DNA of 63,395 nt, counting the filler, from an uncultured Myxococcia bacterium (GTDB lineage Bacteria > CAZTWC01), in NCBI GenBank assembly GCA_964617105.1. It is 15 parts of 15 records of this genome, joined end to end, with 100 filler letters (N's around TTAATTAATTAA, not from the genome) between each part and the next. Parts side by side here need not be neighbours in the genome. Positions count along the whole stretch, not along the records: positions 46,811 to 50,889 come from CAZTWC010000326.1; positions 50,990 to 55,067 come from CAZTWC010000327.1; positions 55,168 to 59,232 come from CAZTWC010000328.1; positions 59,333 to 63,395 come from CAZTWC010000329.1; 11 more parts are not named here. One strand, 5' to 3'. The position numbers and the translations under genes are program-made. Positions 50,819 through 61,070 of this stretch are shown one piece after another. The first letter of the stretch is position 1, and every line of letters starts with the position of its first letter. Below the pieces are notes generated by a model that saw only the letters and a list, made by a program, of their open reading frames with translations, was not told where the DNA came from and searched no databases.

Positions 50819-51292
50819 GATAGATAACCCCTAAGTTTTTTTCTACTTATACCACACCCCCGCCGAAACCGGCAAACACTATCTCGAAANNNNNNNNNNN
50901 NNNNNNNNNNNNNNNNNNNNNNNNNNNNNNNNNTTAATTAATTAANNNNNNNNNNNNNNNNNNNNNNNNNNNNNNNNNNNNNNNNNNNNGGGGTGAAGCA
51001 ACTATTGATTACTCTTGGGATCCTGGACATGTCGATTGGCTCATCACATTATGGTCATGTTTTTTTTCTTTTTTTACAACCCCCCCTGAACGGTTACGAA
51101 ATTTTTAACTGGATTTTGGCTTTGACCAAACGTATAATCAAATCCATAGGTAAACCTGCCAAAAAGGTAGCGAACTCAGCCTGGAGGATCGCATGCGAAA
51201 CATGGATGAGAAAATTTGGCCACATCAAAGTCTGCATCGGAGGGAAAGTGTTACCCTATTTTAACGAAAAAATTTCTCATAATTAACTTGGT

Positions 51293-51446
51293 AGTACAGG
51301 CTAAACAATCCCGGGTCAAGGGTAACCGGGTGACCAATTATCCAGGTATTATCAGTAGTTTTCGCTGTTAATAAGCAAAGAATGGAAACCGCCATTGAGA
51401 CGGAACTCATATGTCATGAAGCAACCGCGCCTGTACTCTACTCTAC
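51293..51446 (+). other. Possible group II intron domain VI remnant
   Basis: AGTACAGG pairs with CCTGTACT; ends ACCGCGCC..CTACTCTAC; no recognisable domain V. Confidence 0.35.
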
Positions 51447-51644
51447 CCAGTTCAGGGTATGGCCAGATGCCGTGCGTCCACAGATTCACAGCCCGTGCAT
51501 AACCATGACCATCTGCCCCGGACCTGCTCCTGCTGGCCGTTTTCTGGTCAAGTAGGACAAATAAATACGCCCCGACAGCGGCTGGTAAGCAATTTTTAGT
51601 TGCCGAAGGTGGCAGCCGGGGCATTTTTAAGCAACAAAATTAAA

Positions 51645-52001
51645 ATGGCCAAAAAGAAAAAGAAACCAAATCAGAAACTGCAAGCATGGATAGATGCCCG
51701 AAAGCGTCACAAACTGTCTCATGCCCAAGTCCAGATGGCCCGTGAACTGGGAATGAACCCGAAAAAACTCGGCAAGATTGACAACCATGATCAGGAGCCG
51801 TGGAAAATGCCAATGAGGCAGTATATCGAACATCTTTACTACAAACGCTTTGGCAAGGAGCGGCCGGATACTGTAATGTCTATAGAGGAAAAAATACGGC
51901 GTGACCAACAGAAAAAAGCCAAACGCCGGGAAGCCAGGCAAAAAGTGAGTCAGTTGGATGTTGAGGGAACTGTGGTGAGTGAGCGCTTGAATTTTGGTTG
52001 A
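51645..52001 (+). CDS. Basic conserved hypothetical protein
   Basis: AQVQMARELGMNPKKLGKIDNH.QEPWK.P...YIEHLY.KRF. Confidence 0.75.
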   Translation: MAKKKKKPNQKLQAWIDARKRHKLSHAQVQMARELGMNPKKLGKIDNHDQEPWKMPMRQYIEHLYYKRFGKERPDTVMSIEEKIRRDQQKKAKRREARQKVSQLDVEGTVVSERLNFG

Positions 52002-52180
52002 GAGTGGTGCATCACTGAACAACTTGCTGATTTACCAGGGATTTGTTAGTATATAGGCAGTAGAAAACAATTGCAGAAATAGCACTAAACAATTAGCAAT
52101 GATAAATGCTTCGGCCTTAACCCCGGGAAATCAGACTTTCAGCCGGAGTTAAATTTATTTCACCAGGTAAACTATTTGAC

Positions 52181-53872
52181 ATGAGTAAAAATACCATGAA
52201 ACAACTCCCCATTGGCAAATCTGATTTTAAAAAAGTGATTGATGGCAATTATTATTACATTGATAAATCGTTGTTTATCAAAGAGGTAATTGATGCCGAT
52301 GCAGAAATTCTCCTTTTTCCCCGACCACGGCGGTTCGGCAAGACGCTGAATTTGTCGATGCTGCGCTATTTTTTCGATTGCAATGAGAAAGACGGCCATA
52401 AATTCTTTGAAAATCTGGCCATCTGGCAGGTTGGCGAGAAATATAGAGAATGGCAGGGGAAATATCCGGTGGTTTTTTTGACTTTTAAGGATGTAAAAAA
52501 AGGGGATTGGACCCAATGTTATAACAAAATTGTCAATATTATTATTAATGAAATTGAGCACCATAAATATTTACTGAATAGTGACAAGTTATCAGATGTC
52601 GAAAAATCATTTTTAAAGCGCTTATTACATAAAGAAGGGTCATCGGATGATTATGAATTTTCACTATTAAATTTAACCCATTATTTATTCAAGCACTTCA
52701 ATACCAGACCTTTTTTACTGATAGATGAATATGACACCCCAATTCACACCGGTTATTTGGAAGGTCACTACAAAGAGACGATTGGATTTATTGGCAATTT
52801 GCTTTCAGGAGGTTTAAAAGATAATAGTTCCCTGGAAAAAGGGATAGTCACTGGTGCCCTACGGATATCCAAAGAGTCCATTTTTACAGACTTGAATAAT
52901 TTAGATACTCATTCAGTTTTGTCAAATTACTATTCAAACTGGTTTGGTCTGACTGAAGATGAGGTAAATAAAATTCTTGTCGATTTCAACCTGAAAGACC
53001 ATAAGGAAAAAGTCAGCCATTGGTATAACGGCTATCGTTTTGGCCGTGAGGTTATTTATAACCCCTGGTCAATAATCAATTATATCAATAAGCCGGAAAA
53101 TGGTTTTCAAACCTATTGGATCAACACCAGTTCCAATGAACTTGTCAGAGATTTGATTATTGATGGAGGTGCTTATTTGAAAGCAGATATTGGCACCTTG
53201 ATCAACAATGGTACATTGGAAAAATCTATTCGGGAAAATATAGTCTTTGGCACTCTGAGACTTAGCGAAGATATAGTCTGGAGTCTATTGCTTTTTTCTG
53301 GTTATCTCAAAAAGATAGAGACAATTGTCAAAGGACGAACCCGGTTGGTAAAATTAGAGATTCCCAATGAAGAGGTGAGAATTTATTATGAAACAGTAAT
53401 CAGAGACTGGATGACCATGGCGGTTGGCGGTGAAAAGCATCGTGAGTTACTCAACTCCCTGGTCAACGGAAATATCGAAAGATTCGAGGATTTGCTGGAA
53501 GAATTTTTTGCCAGCATACTTTCTTTTCATGATCCAGGCAAAGATGAACCGGAAAGAGTTTATCAGGCTTTTATTCTGGGTATGCTGGTTGGTTTGCAGG
53601 ATGAATATGAGATCAAGTCAAACCGGGAGAGTGGGTATGGCCGTTATGACGTTCTGGTAATCCCGAAAGATACTACCAGACGAGGTATCGTAATTGAACT
53701 GAAAAAACTGAACAAGAGGAGAAATGAAAAGGTTGAGGATGCTCTTGAAAGTGCTCTTAAACAGATAGAGGAAAAAAAGTATTCCCAGGCGTTATTGGAC
53801 CGGGGGATTAAAAATATTTTGAAATTGGGTATAGTTGCCGACGGCAAGAAGGTCTGGGTTAAGGAGGGGTGA
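52181..53872 (+). CDS. AAA-ATPase-like protein with C-terminal PD-(D/E)XK nuclease
   Basis: LPIGKSDF, RPRRFGKTLNLSML, LIDEYD, YNPWS, SNRESGYGRYD, IELK. Confidence 0.93.
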   Translation: MSKNTMKQLPIGKSDFKKVIDGNYYYIDKSLFIKEVIDADAEILLFPRPRRFGKTLNLSMLRYFFDCNEKDGHKFFENLAIWQVGEKYREWQGKYPVVFLTFKDVKKGDWTQCYNKIVNIIINEIEHHKYLLNSDKLSDVEKSFLKRLLHKEGSSDDYEFSLLNLTHYLFKHFNTRPFLLIDEYDTPIHTGYLEGHYKETIGFIGNLLSGGLKDNSSLEKGIVTGALRISKESIFTDLNNLDTHSVLSNYYSNWFGLTEDEVNKILVDFNLKDHKEKVSHWYNGYRFGREVIYNPWSIINYINKPENGFQTYWINTSSNELVRDLIIDGGAYLKADIGTLINNGTLEKSIRENIVFGTLRLSEDIVWSLLLFSGYLKKIETIVKGRTRLVKLEIPNEEVRIYYETVIRDWMTMAVGGEKHRELLNSLVNGNIERFEDLLEEFFASILSFHDPGKDEPERVYQAFILGMLVGLQDEYEIKSNRESGYGRYDVLVIPKDTTRRGIVIELKKLNKRRNEKVEDALESALKQIEEKKYSQALLDRGIKNILKLGIVADGKKVWVKEG

Positions 53873-54055
53873 AATAATTATGAATGTTGAATGGTGCTTA
53901 ACCTTAATCGCCGCAACGGTTTCCTCAATATTCGGCATATAAAAACAGGAGTAAACGCCACATCCAACCCCCGGTTGGTCACCCGTTGGTCAGTCGAAAA
54001 CTAAGTGCGTGTAATCACTAAACAAAAACCATAAGGCAGCGGGTTCGACTCCCGC

Positions 54056-54865
54056 TGTACTTGCCAAGCGCCAACGAGACACCACAAAACATGAATAATC
54101 TGTCGTTGTTACGGTCAAAAGTTCTTTGAGAATTTAATAGCGGTGCTTAATACCCCATTGGTCAATGATTACCAAAAGATAAGTCGGCCACAAGCCCCAG
54201 GACAAAACCGTGGTGCAATCCAGGGACCAAATATGGTTAGGATACCAGGCTGGTATGGAACGAGGTTCTTTTTTCTCATTTTTCAGTCCTGATGTTTCTT
54301 TTTTTCGTTTATTGGGTTTTGGTTCAGGACGATTGAGAATATTGTGAACAGTGGAAGAAGCCAGAAAGACATTGAGTAAAGCCAGTTGATTGGCAATTCT
54401 CACCCTGCCCCAATTAACGTTTTTCCTGGCGATTTCGAAAACTACCATAGCGATTTCAACGGGAGTTTTGTTCACTGGTTCCCTGTATTTAATTCTGTCG
54501 TCTATTTTCTTTAACCACCGGTAAAATGTAGACCTGGCAATACCAAAGTAATTGGTCACTTTACTTTGTGGGATTTTGAAATACTCCATATGCCAGATGA
54601 CATGGAGGCGTTCCTGAAGAGAATATCTTGGATAGGCCGTATCTTTTTTTAGTTGCTTTTTGAGGATTGATACCTGTGCTTCCAACTCGCTGACTTTTTC
54701 CTGGAGAAATATGATCTCCTTGTCTTTTTCGTCAATAGGCATTGCCGCAATCTTCTTCATTGCCTTCCTTCTTGCCGTGTCAGCCCATGTGGCGGCCAAC
54801 ACGACAGTTTTAACGAGGAAGGATAGGCACAGGTAGACTGAATCAAGGTTTTGAGGCATTTTCAA
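54056..54865 (-). mobile_element. Decayed integrase-core element: internally deleted transposase 54134-54865 and right end
   Basis: FGIARSTFYRW HTH, NVNWGRVRIANQL, PNHIWSLD then GIKHRY stop; terminus TGTACTTGCCAAG. Confidence 0.75.
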
Positions 54866-54978
54866 TTCTCGATTTCAAGATAATTGATTGATAAACCAAT
54901 ATGTAACTGTTATATTCACTCAAACAAAATGGATAAGAACATTATCACGACAATGTCAATTTGGCTATGAATTGTAGG

Positions 54979-55067
54979 GGCCTGAAATTGTCGACATGTG
55001 GCAAATTTCAACCTCGAGGCCAACCCGGGTGCGCTGGTTCTCCGCTGCAGGCTTCGCTCCGCCCCAG
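54979..55067. repeat. Palindromic dispersed repeat, short allele at contig end
   Basis: 54991-55067 is the reverse complement of 38455-38611 minus 80 bp. Confidence 0.85.
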
Positions 55068-55167
55068 NNNNNNNNNNNNNNNNNNNNNNNNNNNNNNNNN
55101 NNNNNNNNNNNTTAATTAATTAANNNNNNNNNNNNNNNNNNNNNNNNNNNNNNNNNNNNNNNNNNNN

Positions 55168-55828
55168 AAATGGAACTTGTCTTCAAGACCAAATGCTAAA
55201 TAAATATTCACTCCTTCTAAAAGAGGTCCTGCAATCTTCCCAGGTGTCTGTCGGCCTGGGAGATGTAAAAGATAAAAGCCCCTCCACTACCCATATCAGC
55301 ATAATTGATCAAACTGGCAATGCGGTTTCCATCACCACTTCTAATGGAGAAGGTAACGGATATGTCCTGCCTGATCGAGGAATTGTTCTTAACAATTTTC
55401 TGGGCGAAGAGGATATCAACCCCGATGGTTTCCACTGTTTACTCCCGGGAGAACACCTCAACTCCATGATGACACCAACTGTGGAAGTGAGGGATAAAAA
55501 AGCCAATCTCTCTTTAGGCAGTGGGGGGAGCAACCGAATCAGAACCGCTATTTTACAAACCATTTTAAATGTAAGATGTCTTGGCTACGACATAAATAAT
55601 GCAGTAAACAGTTCCAGAATTCATTGGGAAAGGGGAAAACTCTACCAGGAAACATATAATATGTTGCCTGAAATTCACCAATCCCTGCTCTCTTTTTGTC
55701 CCGATAGTATTGCTTTTGACCATCCCAACATGTATTTCGGCGGTGTAAACGCGGCCATGTTTGAGGACAATAAACTTTTTGGCGCCGGAGATAAAAGGCG
55801 GGGCGGCAGTGTGGTGATTGTCGACTGA
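55168..55828 (+). CDS. ggt: Gamma-glutamyltransferase, 5'-partial
   Basis: TTHISIID nucleophile Thr, LNNFLGE, SMMTPT, GSGGSNRI, GAGDKRRGG. Confidence 0.9.
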
Positions 55829-55840
55829 AGGGAGGATATC

Positions 55841-57028
55841 ATGCCCTATGATTTTAATGGTTCTTCTGGTCTGGAGGTATCTATTGGCCTGGAACTTCAA
55901 CTACTGGATAGTGAAACCCTGGAGCCTTCTCACCTGGGAAAAGACTTAATCGCTTCCGTCCGAGACAATAAGCATATCAAGAATGACCTGTTCGGTTCGG
56001 TTATAGTTATCACTTTTGATAATTACCAATCTCTGGAACAGTTGAGTGATGAATTAGCCCAACTACTGGAGATGCTGCAAGTCAAAGCCAAGCAATATGA
56101 CATCTTACTCTTGGCCAGCGGTACTCACCCTACATTTCCCTATATGGCCCGTAGGTTGACCCAGGAGGAAAAATTTATTGAAGCCATAAATAGATTGCAG
56201 TGGGTAGGCAAAAGGATTGCTACTTTTGGTCAACGCATACAAGTTGCTGTTCCCGATGGCGAAAAAGCGGTGGCAGTGATGAACTCCCTGGTAACCTTTT
56301 TGCCCTTGTTATTGGGTTTGTCCGCATCAAGTCCATACTGGCAGGATTTTGATACTGGCCTGGCTTCAGCCCGGGTCAGGGTGGTTGAAACGGTTCCCAA
56401 TGCCGGAATACCGCCTAATATAGTCAATTGGAGTGAATTTTTACGTTTTGTAAAAACCCTGCGTACTACCGAATCTATTCGTAAATTATCTGATCTTTGG
56501 TGGGATATCAGGCCCAACTCTAAAAAAGGGGCCTTGCAGATCCAAATTTGCGATATGCCTCACACTTTACAAGAGATAATTTCCCTTACTGCTCTGACAA
56601 AAACCCTGGTGGCCAATTTCCTCGATGATTATGTAAACGGGCGGCCCTTACCTATGCTGGACAGTTGGATTAACCGGGAAAACAAATGGCGGGCGGCCCG
56701 CTTCGGCCTGGATGCCCAACTGATTCACACCAGGGATGGAGACACGATTCCATTTTACGAGTTTTTTGAACGGATGGTCGTCCGCATAGAAGGGACAGCC
56801 AAAAGATTAAACACCATTGGACTATTGGATAATACCTTTAAAACCTTTGAACGGGGAGCCCCTTACCAACGTCAGCGTTTGTTAAAAACGCGTTTCGGTT
56901 TTCAACATATGATTGAAACCATTAGTAACGAATTGAAGGAAAATAAAGTCACTGAACTTGGACAATTTGGCTCTGACAACCAAATCGATCCCAACCAGGA
57001 CAGTTTTTCTCCATATCAAAATATATAA
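55841..57028 (+). CDS. YbdK/GCS2-family homolog with substituted catalytic residues
   Basis: SGTHP, SASSPYW, DTGLASAR, WWDIRP, ENKWRAARFG retained; metal and substrate ligands changed. Confidence 0.85.
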   Translation: MPYDFNGSSGLEVSIGLELQLLDSETLEPSHLGKDLIASVRDNKHIKNDLFGSVIVITFDNYQSLEQLSDELAQLLEMLQVKAKQYDILLLASGTHPTFPYMARRLTQEEKFIEAINRLQWVGKRIATFGQRIQVAVPDGEKAVAVMNSLVTFLPLLLGLSASSPYWQDFDTGLASARVRVVETVPNAGIPPNIVNWSEFLRFVKTLRTTESIRKLSDLWWDIRPNSKKGALQIQICDMPHTLQEIISLTALTKTLVANFLDDYVNGRPLPMLDSWINRENKWRAARFGLDAQLIHTRDGDTIPFYEFFERMVVRIEGTAKRLNTIGLLDNTFKTFERGAPYQRQRLLKTRFGFQHMIETISNELKENKVTELGQFGSDNQIDPNQDSFSPYQNI

Positions 57029-57086
57029 CCACTAAAACCTCGGACTAGTTCAGGAGGTTATAGGCAAAAAGGCTTATGGAAATATA

Positions 57087-58241
57087 ATGTCAACTATACA
57101 ATTTAATGGTTCCGATTACTATACCATAGGGATTGAGATTGAGTTGCAAACTGTTGATCCGCTGTCAAAAAAACTTATTTCAGGTGCACCGGCGGTTCTG
57201 GACTATTTTCACGATGATCCCCATGTAAAACAGGAACTCTTACAGTCTGTCATCGAAATTGATACTGGTATTTGCGAAACTGTTCGAGATGCCGAGCGAG
57301 ACTTGGTTCACCAACTGGCAAAACTGATTCAGTTTGGAGATGAAAACGATATCTCTTATATTTCTGCAGGCACCCATCCATTTGCCCTTTGGCGAGAACA
57401 AAAACTAACAGATAATGAGCGTTATTATAGGCAGGTAGAGCGCCTTCGTTGGAACGCTATGCGACTTCTTACCTTTGGTTTGCACATCCATATCGGCGTA
57501 CCTTCTGGAGAAAAGGCGATCGCCTTTTTAAACGCCAGTTCTATGTACCTGCCCTTTTTCCTGGCTCTTTCTGCTTCATCACCTTTTTGGGTAGGCATAG
57601 AAACCGGGCTCTCTTCTGCCCGTTCCAAAATTTTTGAAAGCCTGCCCGGCGGCGGTCTTCCCTATCGACTGAAAAACTGGTCTGAATTCCAAAGGATGAT
57701 CAGGGTGTTGCAAAAGTCGCAAACCATCGAATCGATCAAAGAGGTCTGGTGGGATTTGAGACCTCATACCACTTATGGCACCATTGAATTACGCGTTTGT
57801 GACGCCATGCCCAATTTGTGGGAAACTCTAAGTCTGGCCGCTTTCTTTCAATGCCTGATTGCCTGGTTTGATGAGCGCTATGAACGGGGCTTAACCCTGG
57901 ATTATCCCCGTTACTGGATCATGGAAGAAAACAAATGGCGAGCAGCCAGGTACGGTACCCGTTCGCGCCTGATAGTAAACAATGATGGACATCAGCAGAG
58001 CCTGCGGGTTTACCTGGAAGATCTGATCCAAATGTTGGAACCCATTGCCGAACGGCTGCACTGCGCTGAATACTTGAAACGAATCGAATCCATGATGAAT
58101 TACGGTGTTAGCGCCGACCGCCAAAAAAGAGTTTATAAATACACCAATTCCTTGAAAAAAGTGGTCAGCCTGATGGAAAAAGAATTGCGGGACAGCTGCC
58201 CTGAACCCAAACACCCCTTTTTGTGGGATATCTCACATTAA
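57087..58241 (+). CDS. ybdK: YbdK/GCS2-family carboxylate-amine (glutamate--cysteine) ligase
   Basis: TIGIEIELQ, FGLHIHIG, WWDLRP..YGTIELRVCD, ENKWRAARYG. Confidence 0.92.
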   Translation: MSTIQFNGSDYYTIGIEIELQTVDPLSKKLISGAPAVLDYFHDDPHVKQELLQSVIEIDTGICETVRDAERDLVHQLAKLIQFGDENDISYISAGTHPFALWREQKLTDNERYYRQVERLRWNAMRLLTFGLHIHIGVPSGEKAIAFLNASSMYLPFFLALSASSPFWVGIETGLSSARSKIFESLPGGGLPYRLKNWSEFQRMIRVLQKSQTIESIKEVWWDLRPHTTYGTIELRVCDAMPNLWETLSLAAFFQCLIAWFDERYERGLTLDYPRYWIMEENKWRAARYGTRSRLIVNNDGHQQSLRVYLEDLIQMLEPIAERLHCAEYLKRIESMMNYGVSADRQKRVYKYTNSLKKVVSLMEKELRDSCPEPKHPFLWDISH

Positions 58242-58247
58242 TCTATT

Positions 58248-58964
58248 ATGATTTCTGACCACATTAAAATAATGGTGATATCCTCCTGTTCCGGCACCAA
58301 GGCTTATTCGCCCAGCCATCAGTTGAACCTGACCGATTTTGCTAACCGCTTTGACTCTTTAGAGCAATTTAATTGCCGGCAAAAAGAGTTATATGATTAT
58401 CGCCTGCCAGCAGCAGAGATGTATCAGGGACTGCATCACCAAAATGTGCTGGAAGGATTTAAACGATTGTCGCGAATATTGGGACCGGACAAAGTCTCTT
58501 TTTATATCATCTCCGCTGGCTATGGACTAATAAATGCCTCCGAGCAGATTGTACCCTATAACTGTTCTTTTAGTGATATGAAAGCCAAAGAACTGGATTG
58601 GTGGGCTTCCAGGCTGGATATAAGTGATAAAATCTCCCAAATGCAAACCTCCTATACCCTGAGTTTTGTGCTCCTGGGAGAAAATTATCTCAGGGCGGCC
58701 AGACCCGATAAATGGGAAGGAGATAACCCGGTAATTTTCTTTTGCAGCCGGGGTAAAAGTTTACGGTTTCTAAAAAGGCGGAGCAACTATTATACTTTTA
58801 TGGCCGGTAACCATGAGGCTAAAAAATATCAATACGGCACCATGTCTCTTAAAGGATACCTTTTTAATCGACTTGCCAAAGAGTTGGAAAAATTACCTCA
58901 GGAGTTGGAAAATTTGGTTAAAAACCCTTCCCTCACCGTAGAAAAACTGCTTTCAAATGGATAA
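58248..58964 (+). CDS. YaaA/DUF6884-like protein
   Basis: ISSCSGTK, PAAEMYQG, IISAGYGLI...IVPYN, LLGENY. Confidence 0.7.
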   Translation: MISDHIKIMVISSCSGTKAYSPSHQLNLTDFANRFDSLEQFNCRQKELYDYRLPAAEMYQGLHHQNVLEGFKRLSRILGPDKVSFYIISAGYGLINASEQIVPYNCSFSDMKAKELDWWASRLDISDKISQMQTSYTLSFVLLGENYLRAARPDKWEGDNPVIFFCSRGKSLRFLKRRSNYYTFMAGNHEAKKYQYGTMSLKGYLFNRLAKELEKLPQELENLVKNPSLTVEKLLSNG

Positions 58965-59232
58965 GCCATTACAAAATTCTCCCCTGGCTGAACGGATGCG
59001 TCCCCTGGCTCTGGATCAGTTTGTGGGGCAAGAAAAAATATTGCTTCGGGCCGGGCTGAAAAAAAGTATTCTGGAAGACAAAATCGGTTCCATGATCCTT
59101 TGGGGGCCGCCGGGAGTGGGGAAAACTACTCTGGCTAATATTGTGGCCCGGGAAACCAAAAGAGATTTTTTACAGTACAGTGCAGTTACTTCTGGAATCA
59201 AGCAGGTTAGAGAGGTGATGCAACAGGCGGAA
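58957..59232 (+). CDS. rarA: Replication-associated recombination protein A, 3'-partial
   Basis: PLAERMRP..LDQFVGQ, SMILWGPPGVGKTTLA, SAVTSG. Confidence 0.92.
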
Positions 59233-59332
59233 NNNNNNNNNNNNNNNNNNNNNNNNNNNNNNNNNNNNNNNNNNNNTTAATTAATTAANNNNNNNNNNNN
59301 NNNNNNNNNNNNNNNNNNNNNNNNNNNNNNNN

Positions 59333-60986
59333 TGGAGGTTATGATGCTGTTTATGAATTTTCCAATAGTTTTTCCGGCCGCTTTATGTTGAGCCTGCCAA
59401 ATGATATTTTTTCCTTTACTCGCTCTATCAAGGAAAGATTATTGCTCAAGGTAGGGAAAAAACTCCCCCTCCAGTTTAATCAAGATTTGATGGAAGAATT
59501 GATAAATAACATTGGTGGTTATATTCAGAACAACATGGTGTTGTCCACCAGAAGGACTCCCACAAAAGAAGAGTACAAATATTTTCCTGATGGAGATATT
59601 ACTTTTCCGATCCCTCCTGATATGAAGAGTATTGCTTTTAACCTGGACAGTCCCGAGGGGCAGGTTAAGGTACTGCTTCTTTTCGAGGAGGTGCAAAAAA
59701 TATTAGTTATAGATGATAACCATTTAATCCGGGAAACCTATAGCCATATTCTATCCCTTCAGAATTATAATGTTTTTACAGCAGAAAACGGTCAGGAGGG
59801 GTTGGAAATTTTTGAAGCCCAAAAACCTAATATCGTAATTCTTGATATTATGATGCCAAAGATGAACGGCATAGAAGTGCTGGAGAAATTAAAGGAGATG
59901 ACCTATGAAACTGAGGTGATTATCATTACTGGTCATGCTGGTCTTGATTCCGCCATTAAGGCGGTCAAATTGGGGGCTTTTGATTACCTGCAAAAACCGG
60001 TTGAGGGCCAATTCTTCCTGAACACCATTAGAAAAGCCCTGGAAAAGCGGGATCTATTCAGCAAATTAAAACAATATGTCCTTAACTTGGAGAATTCTAT
60101 TCGGCAGAAGGAACGCCAACTGCTGGAAAGCAAGCGGGCCGAAGAGAGAGAAAAAAAGTTGGCAGTGGCCGTAGCCTTGGCCAAGGCTGAAGAGAAACGA
60201 GCCGAGGATATAAAAGTTGCCTACCAGGAATTGGAAGTCACTTACAAAGAGTTGAGCGACACCCAGGCCAAATTGGTACAGGCCGGTAAAATGGCTGCCC
60301 TGGGTGAGTTAGGCACCGGCATTGCCCACGAGCTGAATCAACCGTTAACTGGTATTTTGCAATTTTGCTCCTACCATTTAAAATCGCTGGACCAGGAATC
60401 GGAATTGGCCAAGTCCTTTAAAATAATCAGGGAGCAGGGATGGCGGATGGCCGATATCATCAAGAAGATCTATACTTTTGCCCGGCCCCGTGTCAATGCC
60501 ATGTCCCTGGTAAATATAATAGCAGTGCTGAACGATTGCCTGGATCTGATGAATACCCAGTTGAAAAATCACAATATTGAAATCCAGGTCGATTTTCCCT
60601 CCGATTTTCCAATTATTTCCAGCAATCATAATTCGTTGCAACAGATTTTTATCAACTTGCTGGCCAATGCCCGGGATGCCATCGATAGCCTGCCGGAAAA
60701 GCCTGGTGGAAAGATTTTGATAACCGGAACTATAGAGGAGATTAAACCGGGCGAAAAAGTAACCCAGATAGTGTTTAGAGACACTGGGATTGATGTAGAT
60801 GAGCAAGAGGAAGATAGAATTTTTGACCCGTTTTTCAGCACCAAAGACGTTGGCAAGGGTACAGGCCTGGGTCTGTCAATCTCTTATGGAATCGCTCAAG
60901 AACTGCTCGGTTCTATTTTCTTTCGGCGGGGTCCAAATAGGGAAAAGGAATTTGTCCTGCAAATACCATTGGTAGAAGAACTATAA
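59333..60986 (+). CDS. Hybrid CheX-like/REC/histidine kinase, 5'-partial
   Basis: EELINNIGG; ILDIMMPKMNG; KMAALGELGTGIAHELNQPL; NLLANARDA; PFFSTK..GKGTGLGL. Confidence 0.88.
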
Positions 60987-61026
60987 GATTAAGAACGAAA
61001 AGAGTGCCAAGCCAGGTTAGGGGTTA

Positions 61027-61063
61027 GAGCCCTTTCCAGCAACATCATTGCCGGGAAGGGCTC
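61027..61063. terminator. Hairpin between convergent genes
   Basis: AGAGCCCTT/AAGGGCTCT stem with inner pairing. Confidence 0.6.
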
Positions 61064-61070
61064 TTGTTTG

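Noticed and set aside
52181-53872. AAA plus PD-(D/E)XK protein as a novel defence system
   Set aside because: Common multicopy family with no informative partner here
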